Shown: positions 10,779 to 22,212 of the stretch, in pieces | How the letters are laid out: each line of letters opens with the position of its first letter | Position numbering within the stretch: position 1 is the first letter of the stretch | NCBI GenBank assembly: GCA_002070185.1 | Contig: MWCT01000008.1 | Span: 57,625 to 121,624, forward strand | Length of the DNA stretch: 64,000 nucleotides | DNA from: a candidate division BRC1 bacterium ADurb.Bin183 | Lineage (GTDB): Bacteria; Sumerlaeota; Sumerlaeia; MWCT01 | Reading direction: 5' to 3' | Made by a program: the position numbers and the translations under genes | The notes under the pieces: model-generated | The model's database searches: none | What the model was told of the DNA's origin: nothing | The model's input: only the letters and a program-made list of their open reading frames with translations

Positions 10779-11458
10779 TTGATGCCATTGACCTCTTCAT
10801 AAAGCCGGTTAAAAAATTTCAGCATATAACGGTGGCGGCTCTCTGCAATACTTCTGGCAGTTGCCGTAAATAATTTATCTTTAATACGCGAAAGTTTCAT
10901 CCGAAATTCGATAATAGGTGTATGTTCTTTGTGATTGGTAATTTTGGAAATGCTTTCAGTATTGGGCGATTCAAGGTCGGCAGGGGAGAAGGAATCATAT
11001 AAGCGCTGTCCATTTTCCCCGCCGTAGGCATAAGCGCGGCAGACGCCTATCGCGCCGATGGCATCAAGCTTGTCCGCATCATAAAGGACTTTTGCCTCTA
11101 AAGTGGCGGGGGGATTATCGCTTCGAAAACGGTGCGTGGCAATGCAATGAAGGACATCGTCTCTTTTTTCCGGCGGAAAACCCGCCTGTTCAAGAATAGG
11201 CGCAGCTTTCAGGCTGCTGAGTTCGGCGTGGCATTGGTTCTGCTCATCAGCCTCTTTGCGGGCAATGTCATGGAGAAGAGCGGCAGCGTAAAGAATTTCG
11301 AGATCTGCGCCTTCGCTGCGTCCGATATGCATACAAAGATTCAAAACACGCTGGGTATGGCTGAAGTCATGGGTCGGTGGGGCATCCGTAAATGCCTCCC
11401 TTGCCGCCTCTTCAATTTGGGGATATGCAATCTCCATAGCCATCCTTCGACTTTTCAA
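10775..11458 (-). CDS. HD-domain metal-dependent phosphohydrolase
   Basis: HDFSH...LLHDIAR...DADKLD motifs. It overlaps the downstream hydrolase gene by 4 nt. Confidence 0.8.
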   Translation of the reverse strand: MKSRRMAMEIAYPQIEEAAREAFTDAPPTHDFSHTQRVLNLCMHIGRSEGADLEILYAAALLHDIARKEADEQNQCHAELSSLKAAPILEQAGFPPEKRDDVLHCIATHRFRSDNPPATLEAKVLYDADKLDAIGAIGVCRAYAYGGENGQRLYDSFSPADLESPNTESISKITNHKEHTPIIEFRMKLSRIKDKLFTATARSIAESRHRYMLKFFNRLYEEVNGIK

Positions 11459-11461
11459 AAA

Positions 11462-12724
11462 TCACAAATCTTGCAAATAGGGCGGGAACTGCTCGCCCTT
11501 GAAAAGGTCATCATAGGTCTCGCGTTTTTTTATAATGTGGAACTCTGCGCCTTTAACAAGAACTTCTGCAGGACGCAAACGGGTGTTGTAGTTGGATGCC
11601 ATAACAAATCCATAAGCCCCCGCATCCATAAGCGCAAGAAGATCCCCCTGCTCAACGGAAGGCAGAGGGCGGTCCTTGGCAAAGAAATCGCCTGATTCAC
11701 AGATGGGACCAACCACGTCCATTTCAATCTTCTTTCTGCGCTTTGGCTCGCGAATGGGAACGATGCGATGATAAGCCTTGTAGAGCGACGGGCGGATCAA
11801 GTCATTCATGCCGGCGTCCACAATAGCAAATTGCTTTTGGTCGCCGACCTTGATATAAGTAATGCGAGTAATGAGCGCGCCGGCGGATGCGACAATATAA
11901 CGTCCGGGCTCCATAATCAGGCGGCAGCCGACCTTTTGCACATGAGGAATAATCTTATCCGCCACGCGCTCCACGTTCATGGGTTTTTCTCTTTCCGTGT
12001 ACCCGATGCCAAAACCTCCGCCCATATTGAGCGTGCGAATCTCGATGCCCTCCTTGCGAAGCGTTTCTATCAGGGCGACCAGCCTCCTGACGCCGCTATT
12101 GTGCGCGGTGAGGTCGAGTATCTGAGAACCGACATGAACATGGAGACCCACGAATTCAATGTTGGGAAGCTTTGCTATGCGGGCGATGAGCGCGGGAGCG
12201 CTTTTATACGAAACGCCGAATTTATTTTCCTTTTTGCCTGTGGTGATGTATTCATGTGTGTGCGCCTCAACATCGGGATTAATCCGCAGCGCTGCTCGAA
12301 CGGTTGTTTTTAACCGGCGTGCGATTTCTGAAAGGAGCACAGCCTCCGGTTCGGATTCAAGATTGATTATCATTACATTTTGCTGAATTGCGTATTCAAG
12401 TTCCTGCTCCGTTTTGCCGATGCCGGAAAAAATTGCCTTGTGCGGGTCGCCGCCGGCGGCAATTACGCGACGCAACTCGCCCGCAGAAACAATATCAAAG
12501 CCGCTGCCCGCGCGCGCCAGTAATCGCAAAATGCTCAAATTGGAGTTCGATTTGACGGAAAAAGCGATCAGAGGCGTTGCCGAGGAAAAGGCGTTGCGAA
12601 TGCGGTTGTAATTTCCCAACAACTGTTTTTGGCTGTAAAGATATAATGGCGTTCCAACTTTTTCTGCGATGGCGGAAACGGCAATGCCCTCGCAGAACAT
12701 CTCCCCATTCTTGTAACCGAGCAT
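11462..12724 (-). CDS. lysA: Diaminopimelate decarboxylase
   Basis: AFSVKSNSN (PLP lysine region), GGGFGIGY and CESGD. I use the start MLGYKNGE at 12724, two nt after the upstream stop. Confidence 0.9.
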   Translation of the reverse strand: MLGYKNGEMFCEGIAVSAIAEKVGTPLYLYSQKQLLGNYNRIRNAFSSATPLIAFSVKSNSNLSILRLLARAGSGFDIVSAGELRRVIAAGGDPHKAIFSGIGKTEQELEYAIQQNVMIINLESEPEAVLLSEIARRLKTTVRAALRINPDVEAHTHEYITTGKKENKFGVSYKSAPALIARIAKLPNIEFVGLHVHVGSQILDLTAHNSGVRRLVALIETLRKEGIEIRTLNMGGGFGIGYTEREKPMNVERVADKIIPHVQKVGCRLIMEPGRYIVASAGALITRITYIKVGDQKQFAIVDAGMNDLIRPSLYKAYHRIVPIREPKRRKKIEMDVVGPICESGDFFAKDRPLPSVEQGDLLALMDAGAYGFVMASNYNTRLRPAEVLVKGAEFHIIKKRETYDDLFKGEQFPPYLQDL

Positions 12725-12726
12725 TT

Positions 12727-13239
12727 CTAATATTCCTTTCTCTTCAGCGACTTTAGCAATCGGCGGTTCGTCTTTCGGATACGCTCGCAAATAATCTTCG
12801 CCATATTCTTCATGACAATATAACCCATTCGCGGATGGCTGGCAAAGATTTCGTGCATCTTTTTTCCATTTATAGAAAGGGCGGTTGTATCCGTTTGAGA
12901 AATAGCGGTGGCAGAACGCGGACCGGCATCAATAATCGAAAACTCCCCGAGAATCTCTCCTGCGCCTATATTTGTCAAAATCACCGATTCGTTAGGCGTG
13001 ATTGCCTCGATTTGGACAGTTACTTGCCCAGAGAGTATAACATAAAGGTCTTCTCCGGGGGAGGTATCCTCGAAAATCATTTCGCTGGCGTAGAAACTGA
13101 CTCGTCTTGCGATGCCGGCAAGAAGGCGCAGCTCTCCTAAATCCAGATTGGCAAAGATTTCCAGTTTCCCCAGAATATCTTCGACATCATCGTCCGGCGC
13201 AATTCCAGCGGAGTTTATAGTGTTTGATTTCGGACACAT
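12727..13239 (-). CDS. Stand-alone cyclic-nucleotide-binding (CAP_ED) domain protein
   Basis: GEILGEFSIIDAGPRSATA matches the cNMP phosphate-binding cassette. There is no output domain. Confidence 0.7.
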   Translation of the reverse strand: MCPKSNTINSAGIAPDDDVEDILGKLEIFANLDLGELRLLAGIARRVSFYASEMIFEDTSPGEDLYVILSGQVTVQIEAITPNESVILTNIGAGEILGEFSIIDAGPRSATAISQTDTTALSINGKKMHEIFASHPRMGYIVMKNMAKIICERIRKTNRRLLKSLKRKEY

Positions 13240-13263
13240 GCATTTCGAATACTGTTGATGGAA

Positions 13264-14265
<1,002 letters not shown>

Positions 14266-14409
14266 CTAATATATTGAGATGCTTTTATAAAGGTCGCTTT
14301 TTCCCCATTGCAACTATAATCTTGAATCAATGGAAATGAGTTCAAAATGAAAGAGGAATTGTTGAAATATTGTATATATATTATTTGTGCGATTTGATGA
14401 TGTTCGATA

Positions 14410-15093
14410 TTATGACATCTTCCGTATCAAGCAGATGGGGGTCAGCTCCTTGCCCTGACCACAAGGATTATCTTTCATGGCAGCCTCAATTGTTTGTTTG
14501 TTAATTCCGCTTGAAAAACCAATCGCCCAAGAACCGCCGATGTCGTTGATGTCCATAATCGCCGCTTCGCAACCGGTGCGCTCCTTAATTTGTTGAGCCA
14601 CTTTTTCTGGGTCGCGCGGACCCAGAATGACGCACTGGTCGTAAGGCGGGACAGGCGATGTGTGGGCGGCGTCAATTGTGGCAGCTTGCATTCCGGCGAT
14701 ACGGTAAAAGTCGCCGCGTCGTCCGCATAATCTGGTTGCGCCGCCAAGCAAAGCCGCGGCAAGAATGCGAAAACTTCCGCATTCATTGATAGCGCATTGC
14801 ATGGTGGCAGGGCTGCGCAACCCAATGCCATAGGGAACCTTTCGAACAAAACGCCAAAGGATGCGCGCAAGGAGACCGATTTTGAGGCTGTCTTCCCTAA
14901 TGGCGCGCCCCTGTGTAATAGCTGTAACCTTTTCGCTGACGGCTATCATATCGCCCTGCTGCCGCGCTTCTTTGGTATAGCGATCAATGACGTCAACTAT
15001 GTTATCCTTCTCGCTGATAATATGTGTTTGAATCAAGATTCTCTGGTAGGTAACGCCGTTCACAGTAATAGTAGGATTCTTCTTATCGCTCAA
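14410..15093 (-). CDS. CofE-like (F420-0:gamma-glutamyl ligase family) protein
   Basis: Its length and the segments GDMIAVSEKVTAITQGR and DINDIGG resemble the CofE/FbiB N-terminal fold. The assignment is from memory only. Confidence 0.5.
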   Translation of the reverse strand: MSDKKNPTITVNGVTYQRILIQTHIISEKDNIVDVIDRYTKEARQQGDMIAVSEKVTAITQGRAIREDSLKIGLLARILWRFVRKVPYGIGLRSPATMQCAINECGSFRILAAALLGGATRLCGRRGDFYRIAGMQAATIDAAHTSPVPPYDQCVILGPRDPEKVAQQIKERTGCEAAIMDINDIGGSWAIGFSSGINKQTIEAAMKDNPCGQGKELTPICLIRKMS

Positions 15094-15309
15094 GACAACA
15101 CCTCCGCAAAAACAAGACCAATAGGAACTTGAACAAAAACTTAATGATAATTGCTATTAAGAAGGTGAATGCGCGTCAATAATTAGTTTGGATGAAATTA
15201 GGTTTTTTCGCTTGCGAACCAAAACAATCTTGACGTGAGAATGAGGTTTATGAATTTTTATTTCCCATTAAAATGAAAAACTCTATTTACTTTGCAAGGC
15301 AATCAACAA

Positions 15310-18156
15310 ATGAAAAGAAAATCCGTTTTCCTGTTGGTTTTGTTTTTTGCGATGGGGAACATGATTATGAATGCCTGTATCGCAGATGAAAAGGAAAGTT
15401 TGCCATCTGCGCCAAGATTGAAATGGACGGACCGCGCCGAAGAGCTTGGACTGGATGCAAAATCGCTTGAGCCTGCATGGGCGGCGCTTGTGAAGGCTGC
15501 AAAAGAAAACAAAGTCGCAGGGTCGGTGGGCGTTATGGGACGAAATGGTTATGCCCTGAAACCCTTTGCGGCGGGGCATGCCGTTCTCCAGCCGGAAAAA
15601 ATCGCGATGAGCCCCGATACGATATTTGACCTTGCATCCATCACAAAGATGGTCGCCACAAACACATCAATCATGATACTTATCGAGGATGGGAAAATCC
15701 GCCTCGATGATTATGTTGTCAAATACCTTCCCGAATTTGCCGCAAAAGGCAAAGATAAGATTACCATTCGCCATCTTTTAACTCACACCAGCGGACTGCC
15801 GCCATTCAAGCAATATTACAAAACACTCAAAGGGCGCAGCGCCTTCTATAAAGCTGTTTGCGATGAGGCGCCGGCAAATGCGCTCGGAACAAACCGCATC
15901 TATAGCGATATCGGCTTTATGACGCTTGGATTTATTGTGGAAAAAGTTTCCGGCAAAGACCTGAACGAGTTCACTCAGGAACGTATATTCAAACCGCTTA
16001 ACATGAAACACACGCGGTTCAATCCCCCCGCCTCATGGAAAAAGCAGATCGCCGCCACGGAATTTTGGTCTCACTGGAACAGGCTTGCTTGGGGCGAGGT
16101 GCATGATGAAAACGCAAATGCCATCGGCGGCATTGCGGGGCATGCCGGTCTCTTCTCAACGGCGGGCGACCTTGCAATTTTCTGCCAGATGCTCCTCAAC
16201 GGCGGCAAATATGGCAACATACGCATCCTGCAACCTCAGACTATCAGACAGTTTTACACCTTGCAGACAAAACCTGAGATTTCCAAACATCAGGGGATGG
16301 GGTGGATTTTGGGCAGCACAGAAACGGACGGCACGGGCGGGCTTGGTCCTGATTCATTTGGTCACAGCGGTTTCACCGGAACGCTTATCTGGATTAATCC
16401 CAAATATCAAACATTCGGAATTCTTTTAACTAATGCCATTCATACCGACCGCAAAAATGCGCAGCGGGCGTATGTGAGAAACCCATTCTTTAAAGCCCTT
16501 CTTCAATCCATGAACGCGACAACAGCATCGCCGGAATCCCTCCAGAAACTACATCCTGTTGACTCATACTGGGTGGAGAGCGTTCTGCGTCGGCTGACGC
16601 TCGATGAAAAAGTCGGACAGATGATTGTCCCCACATATCACAACGACGACACCCTTGCCTTTGAATTGCTCCGACAGATTAAACCGGCTGGATTCATTGC
16701 ATCTCGCGGCGTGACAGTTATGAATCTTGCCGAACGTATTAATAAATTGCAAGCCGCCTCAGACCTGCCTCTTTTGATGACTGCGGATTTTGAGCGGGGC
16801 GTTGGATGCTATTTTGATGGCGCAACAGATTTGCCCAGTAATATGGCATTAGGCGCTTCGAAAAATGCAAGCGACACAAAAGAAGCCGCTCGTATAACAG
16901 CAATTGAAGGACGCGCCATCGGCGTTCATCTGAATTTTGCCCCTGTGCTTGATGTAAATAATAATCCCGATAACCCAATCATCAACACGCGCTCATTCGG
17001 AGAAAATCCAAAAGAGGTGGCGCGTCTGGGCGAAGTCTGGATTCGAACGTCTGAAAAGTATGGACTTCTTTCAACAGGCAAACACTTCCCAGGGCATGGC
17101 AATACATCTGTTGATTCGCATTCATCCATGGGCATGGTTTCCGGCAATGAAGAACAGTTATGGAACATAGAATTGCTGCCTTTCCAAAAAGCAATCAAAA
17201 ACGCAAAAGTTTCCAGCATAATGACCGCGCATCTATGGGTTCCCACCTTTGACGCCAAACCCGTTCCTGCAACGCTATCCAAAAATGTAATGACCGATTT
17301 ATTGCGGAACAAAATGAAATTCGAAGGATTGTTGTTTACCGATGCCATGGATATGAGCGGAGCGGCAAATGGCATCACATTTGAAGAATCCATTATTCGC
17401 GCGGTTGAGGCTGGTTGCGATGTAATCTTAATGCCCGGCGATGCCGTAAAATCATGGGAAGCCATTTTAAAAGCTGTAAAAGACGGTCGAATAAAAGAAG
17501 ACCGGATTGATAATTCGGTTAGGAAAATTTTAGCGGCTAAAACGCGCGTTAATCTGCAAAAGGAGCGGTTTGTAAATCTCGACAACATCAAAAATTATGT
17601 GGGAACAAAAGAGAATTATGATAAGGCAAAACAAATAGCTCAAAACAGTCTGACTTTAATCAGCGATGCCCCCGAGGCTTTGCCGCTTTCGACCAAGAAA
17701 TCCACCGCTGTTATTATGATGGCAAATCAAGCGGACACGATTATGGACTGGAAGGATATCTATACCTTCGGCAAAGAAGCGATAAAACTCAATCCCAACA
17801 CACGTGTTTTATTCATGGTTGATGATATCTCAGAGGAGGATAAAGAAAAAGCGGAGCAACTGGCGCAGGAGTGCGATCAGGTTGTTTTTGCATTATTTCC
17901 GCACATTATTATTGGACGAGGGAATGTTTCCTTAAACGCGGAGCAGCGGGAACTGCTGAATCACCTCATGAGTCTGCGCCTGCCAAGGACAATTATCTCC
18001 TTTGGCAGTCCTTATGTGATTGATGAAACCCCCGGCGCGCCTTCTTATATTTGCGCATATGGCAATGCTGCTGCAGTGCAATCCGCTGCAGCCTATGCCC
18101 TTTTTCATAACATTGAATGGAAAGGCAGTTTACCGGTATCGCTCAAAAAACAATAA
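15310..18156 (+). CDS. Fusion protein: class-C-type serine hydrolase (beta-lactamase/PBP-like) + GH3 beta-N-acetylhexosaminidase-like domain
   Basis: N-terminal signal peptide MKRKSVFLLVLFF. SITK (SxxK), YSD and HSGFTG define the first domain. KHFPGHG and FTDAMDM (GH3/NagZ-like) define the second. Confidence 0.8.
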   Translation: MKRKSVFLLVLFFAMGNMIMNACIADEKESLPSAPRLKWTDRAEELGLDAKSLEPAWAALVKAAKENKVAGSVGVMGRNGYALKPFAAGHAVLQPEKIAMSPDTIFDLASITKMVATNTSIMILIEDGKIRLDDYVVKYLPEFAAKGKDKITIRHLLTHTSGLPPFKQYYKTLKGRSAFYKAVCDEAPANALGTNRIYSDIGFMTLGFIVEKVSGKDLNEFTQERIFKPLNMKHTRFNPPASWKKQIAATEFWSHWNRLAWGEVHDENANAIGGIAGHAGLFSTAGDLAIFCQMLLNGGKYGNIRILQPQTIRQFYTLQTKPEISKHQGMGWILGSTETDGTGGLGPDSFGHSGFTGTLIWINPKYQTFGILLTNAIHTDRKNAQRAYVRNPFFKALLQSMNATTASPESLQKLHPVDSYWVESVLRRLTLDEKVGQMIVPTYHNDDTLAFELLRQIKPAGFIASRGVTVMNLAERINKLQAASDLPLLMTADFERGVGCYFDGATDLPSNMALGASKNASDTKEAARITAIEGRAIGVHLNFAPVLDVNNNPDNPIINTRSFGENPKEVARLGEVWIRTSEKYGLLSTGKHFPGHGNTSVDSHSSMGMVSGNEEQLWNIELLPFQKAIKNAKVSSIMTAHLWVPTFDAKPVPATLSKNVMTDLLRNKMKFEGLLFTDAMDMSGAANGITFEESIIRAVEAGCDVILMPGDAVKSWEAILKAVKDGRIKEDRIDNSVRKILAAKTRVNLQKERFVNLDNIKNYVGTKENYDKAKQIAQNSLTLISDAPEALPLSTKKSTAVIMMANQADTIMDWKDIYTFGKEAIKLNPNTRVLFMVDDISEEDKEKAEQLAQECDQVVFALFPHIIIGRGNVSLNAEQRELLNHLMSLRLPRTIISFGSPYVIDETPGAPSYICAYGNAAAVQSAAAYALFHNIEWKGSLPVSLKKQ

Positions 18157-18181
18157 ATATTTTTATAAAGGAGATTTAGCC

Positions 18182-18577
18182 ATGGCGGTATTAAAACAAT
18201 TCTCAGTTAGGCTTGTGAACAAACCCGGCGCTTTGGCATGTTTGTGCAAACTGCTCAAAGATGCCCAAATTAATATCCTCGCCGTTTCCGTGCATGACAG
18301 CACAGATAGCGGTATCGTCCGCTTTGTTCCTGATAAACCGGATATCCTAGATGACATCCTTGTCAATAATCATTACTGCTACGATGTGAAAGATATTGTG
18401 ATGATAACACTGGAAAATATGCCGGGCGCACTTTGGCGAACAGCGCAAAAATTGGCAAACAACAAAATTAACATTGACTACGTTTACACCGCAAACCACC
18501 CAGAGGTGGAACGAACGGTGCTTGTTATTAGTTCTCCGCAGCCTAAAAAAGTGGATAAAATTTTGAAGAAGAATTAA
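18182..18577 (+). CDS. Tandem ACT-domain protein
   Basis: The ATG at 18182 is preceded by aaggag. There are two ACT-like repeats (VNKPGALACLCKLL..INILAVSV and ENMPGALWRTAQKL..INIDYVY). Confidence 0.6.
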   Translation: MAVLKQFSVRLVNKPGALACLCKLLKDAQINILAVSVHDSTDSGIVRFVPDKPDILDDILVNNHYCYDVKDIVMITLENMPGALWRTAQKLANNKINIDYVYTANHPEVERTVLVISSPQPKKVDKILKKN

Positions 18578-18585
18578 GAGATTGT

Positions 18586-19995
18586 TCAATTGCCAAAATC
18601 AGTCGGGCATTCTTCAACAGGGCGGGCAATTAGCATTGGGCTGGGTTTGTCTCTCAACACTTCATAAAGATGCCGCAACTTATGTTTGTAACCCCAGAAG
18701 TAAAGCCCTGCGCGCACCATCCAATCGCATGTCGTGGAAATCCAAATGCCCGCCAATCCCATCTTGAAATAAATGGCAAGAATATAAGCAAGAAACAGTC
18801 GAGGAATCCAAACGCCGATACTCCCATAAATTATCGGGCGCCGGGTATCGCCTGTGCCTTGAAAAGTTCCTTTTAATATTTGAACAACGGCAATAAAAGG
18901 TTGCTCGGACGAGCCAATCATTAGACATAGGGAAGCAAGTTTGATTAATTCAGTATCATCAGTAAAGATTCGGCATAGTAAACCGGGTATAATAAGGAAT
19001 GAAATCCCAATGGAAGTCATCACAGTGAAAGATACTTTCATAGATTGGCGTACCGCCAATTTGATGCCGCGGGCAGAGCGCTCGCCATATTTTTGACCCA
19101 CAATAGTCGCGCATGCGGTGGAGAAGGCGTGACCCGGTGTAAAAGAAAGCGATTCAACCGCAAGGGCAATCCGATTTGCCGCCATGGCAACGGTTCCCAA
19201 TCCTGCGACGATTTTCGTAAACATAAGAAACCCCGACTGCACAAAAAACGGTTCGGTGGCGGCTGGGATGCTTACCTTTAATAATTCCTTCATATTCTTT
19301 TTTGTCACCATTTTGAATGTTGCCCAGCGCATTCGAATACGGCTCAACGGTGAGAAAAGAAATGCCGTCATAAAAATCGCTTCGATACCTTTGCAGATAC
19401 CGGTTGAAAGCCCCGCGCCCAAAAGCCCAAGGGCGGGAAAACCGCCCTTTCCAAAGATTAGCAAATAATTCCCCAGAACATTCAGCATATTGCAAAATCC
19501 ATTGATAATCATTGGCGTTCGAGTATCCCCCGCCGCCTGAAGAATGCTTGAGGCTATAAGCGACGTATTGGTAAAAATGAAAAAAACGTAAATAATACGG
19601 AGATATCGTCCCGACTCTCTAATAACCTCTGCCTCATCTATGAATAGCCCGCCGATTTTGAAACAGAAAGGAATCACGCAAGCGCTGACAACAACGCTCA
19701 TAAAAATCCCCATAATATATGAAGTCGCCGCAAAAGAAGCCGCCTTCTCCTGATTCTTTTCCCCCCAGCTCCGAGCCACAGTTGCCACAGTTCCAATCGA
19801 AAGCCCCATTGCCACCATCATTATTGTCCAGTTGACCGGACCGGCGATTCCCATGGAAGCAAGAGCCACAGGATTAAGACGCCCCACCATCGCCGTGTCT
19901 ATATTAAACATCAGCATGTGAAGAAAATTTTGAATGATGACAGGCCAAACCAGATGGATGAACTGTTTGCGAATTTCACGAGCGTGGTGATTCAT
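18586..19995 (-). CDS. MATE family efflux transporter
   Basis: 469 aa with 12 TM-like segments and a MATE-type N-terminus (WPVIIQNFLHMLMFNIDTAMVGRL). Confidence 0.85.
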   Translation of the reverse strand: MNHHAREIRKQFIHLVWPVIIQNFLHMLMFNIDTAMVGRLNPVALASMGIAGPVNWTIMMVAMGLSIGTVATVARSWGEKNQEKAASFAATSYIMGIFMSVVVSACVIPFCFKIGGLFIDEAEVIRESGRYLRIIYVFFIFTNTSLIASSILQAAGDTRTPMIINGFCNMLNVLGNYLLIFGKGGFPALGLLGAGLSTGICKGIEAIFMTAFLFSPLSRIRMRWATFKMVTKKNMKELLKVSIPAATEPFFVQSGFLMFTKIVAGLGTVAMAANRIALAVESLSFTPGHAFSTACATIVGQKYGERSARGIKLAVRQSMKVSFTVMTSIGISFLIIPGLLCRIFTDDTELIKLASLCLMIGSSEQPFIAVVQILKGTFQGTGDTRRPIIYGSIGVWIPRLFLAYILAIYFKMGLAGIWISTTCDWMVRAGLYFWGYKHKLRHLYEVLRDKPSPMLIARPVEECPTDFGN

Positions 19996-20113
19996 TATTT
20001 ATAATCGATTCTTTCTTAATTGCCCTAAAAAAACGGTATGAATCATGTTTCATTGAAGCAAGCCGTCAAGAACAAAGGAAATAAAGGCTCAAAAACCTAA
20101 AAAATAAGTTTGC

Positions 20114-21814
20114 TTATTTAGGAGATGATGCATGAGGTTGGACGCCATTTTTTATCCGCGCTTTGCCTTTGCTCCATGTGAAAAGGTTGTAAGAAGTCTG
20201 GGCAATGTTTTTTAGATGGTCGCCGATTTTCTCAAGATAATGCAACGCATCCACAAAGAAAATAGCTGAAGGCAGATGGCACACACCGGCTTTAAGACGC
20301 TCCAAATGCTCCTCATCCAATTTATCCCGCAAAGCATCCACTTCTTTTTCTATGCGAAGCACTTGAAGAGCGGCTTCCGTATCTCCTTCTTTTACAGATT
20401 TCCTCAACGGTTCAAACATACTCATCACAAGGTCGGAAATCATTTGCAACCCTACCAATGCATTGGGGGAAAAACCCAAGTTCTTCACCTGCAAATCTTC
20501 GGCAATACCGCCAAGATTTTCCGCATTATCGCCAACACGTTCAAGGTCGTTAATCGAATGGAGCAAAGTGGGAATCTGCTCCGATTCTTCCTTTGTAAGA
20601 TTTCTTTCCGCAAGCCGAATTAAATAAGCCGTGATAGCCCGTTGATATTCATCTGTTTTATCTTCAAGTTTGTTAGTAAGCGCGGAAGCCGTTGTATCCT
20701 TTTTCAAAATTGCATCCAACCCCTTTTGCAAACACTCGCGGGAAATATCAATCATATTCACCATTTCCTTGCGAACAAGCGTCAGGGCAAAGGCGGGCGT
20801 ATCCAGAAGATTCGGCTCAAGGACAATCGGTTTTTCTATCATCTCCTCTGGTTTTATAGGAACAAGCCAGATGGATATCCGTTCCAAAATTTTAATAGGT
20901 CCAATTAACAGACAGGCGTTGATAATATTGAAAAGCGAGTGGGAGTTGGCAATAAAATGGGCAATATCCGATGGGTTGGTTGGATCGCCCGGTGTTAACA
21001 TGATGACAAATTTTTGAAAGAGTCCTTTATAAACAAACGGTAAAAAAATGCAAACTCCAATAACGTTGAACATGGTATGCGCCATAGCAGCTCGGCGGGC
21101 ATTGCGATTTACGTTAAAAGCCGCTAACTGCGCCGTGATGGTTGTTCCAATATTGTCGCCCAAAACCAGACCCACGGCGCCATTGAAATCAAGCAACCCC
21201 TGTTGCGCCAAAACAATAGCCAAAGCGACGGTGGCGCTGCTCGATTGCAGAATACATGTCATAAGCAACCCTGCCAGAATCGCCTCAAAAGTATTGCGAG
21301 AAAAGTGCTGGAAAAATAACTTTGTGCTTTCACTATGACGCAAAGGACCCACACCTCTGGACATTAATGAAAGCCCCAAAAAAAGAAGCCCCAACCCTAA
21401 AATAGTCTCACCCAAAATACGATGGCGCTTGTTGGAAAGAAAGAGCGTCATAAAAACGCCACATCCAATAAAAATTGGAGCATATTGCAAAACGTTGAAT
21501 GAAATGATTTGCGCAGTGATGGTCGTGCCGATATTTGCCCCCATGATAACGCTGATCGCTTGCGTCAAGGTCATGATGCCCGCGTTGACAAATCCCACAA
21601 CCATGACAGTGACGGCGCTGCTTGATTGAACAACCGCTGTAACCAATGTTCCAACCGCCGCACCCATGAAACGGTTCTTGATCAGATAAGCGAGAATATT
21701 CTTAAGCCGGTCGCCCGCCACACGTTGAAAACCCTCCGACATCAGATTCATGCCGTATAAAAAAACCCCCAACCCGGCAATCAATTGTAAAACGATATTA
21801 ATCCAATCAGTCAT
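20114..21814 (-). CDS. Na/Pi cotransporter family protein with a C-terminal PhoU-like domain
   Basis: Duplicated QSSSA(V/T)T motifs (VVQSSSAVTVM, ILQSSSATVAL), followed by PhoU-like helices containing ERVGD and EKIGD. Confidence 0.85.
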   Translation of the reverse strand: MTDWINIVLQLIAGLGVFLYGMNLMSEGFQRVAGDRLKNILAYLIKNRFMGAAVGTLVTAVVQSSSAVTVMVVGFVNAGIMTLTQAISVIMGANIGTTITAQIISFNVLQYAPIFIGCGVFMTLFLSNKRHRILGETILGLGLLFLGLSLMSRGVGPLRHSESTKLFFQHFSRNTFEAILAGLLMTCILQSSSATVALAIVLAQQGLLDFNGAVGLVLGDNIGTTITAQLAAFNVNRNARRAAMAHTMFNVIGVCIFLPFVYKGLFQKFVIMLTPGDPTNPSDIAHFIANSHSLFNIINACLLIGPIKILERISIWLVPIKPEEMIEKPIVLEPNLLDTPAFALTLVRKEMVNMIDISRECLQKGLDAILKKDTTASALTNKLEDKTDEYQRAITAYLIRLAERNLTKEESEQIPTLLHSINDLERVGDNAENLGGIAEDLQVKNLGFSPNALVGLQMISDLVMSMFEPLRKSVKEGDTEAALQVLRIEKEVDALRDKLDEEHLERLKAGVCHLPSAIFFVDALHYLEKIGDHLKNIAQTSYNLFTWSKGKARIKNGVQPHASSPK

Positions 21815-21855
21815 AAATTGTCCCCCAAATTTACCATAAAAGAAATAGCCGTTTA

Positions 21856-22206
21856 CTATTTAAATGATTCAAGAGCCTCCTCTTCGGTGGCGAATAAAGA
21901 AAAGAGCGGAGTGAATCCCGCCACATTGAACACTTCAATAATTTGTGGTTTTAAAGCGCAAAGGACCGTTTTCCCGCCGGCGGCTGCAGATTTTTTGGCG
22001 CCCATCAAAACAGCCCGTAAACCAGAACTGCTGATATAAACAACCTCGGAAAAATCGAGGATAAAATCCTTTTCGCCCGATTCTAACAAAGCGGAAAACT
22101 TGGCTTCCAAAAGGGGAGAAGTGTTCACATCCAACTTCCAACAAATCTTGAGCACACAAACCTCGCCCTTTTTAATATCCATAATCGCAAGTTCCTTGTT
22201 CTCCAT
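21856..22206 (-). CDS. STAS-domain anti-sigma-factor antagonist
   Basis: The phosphorylatable-Ser motif region is DFSEVVYISSSGLRAVL. Confidence 0.8.
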   Translation of the reverse strand: MENKELAIMDIKKGEVCVLKICWKLDVNTSPLLEAKFSALLESGEKDFILDFSEVVYISSSGLRAVLMGAKKSAAAGGKTVLCALKPQIIEVFNVAGFTPLFSLFATEEEALESFK

Positions 22207-22212
22207 GATTTG

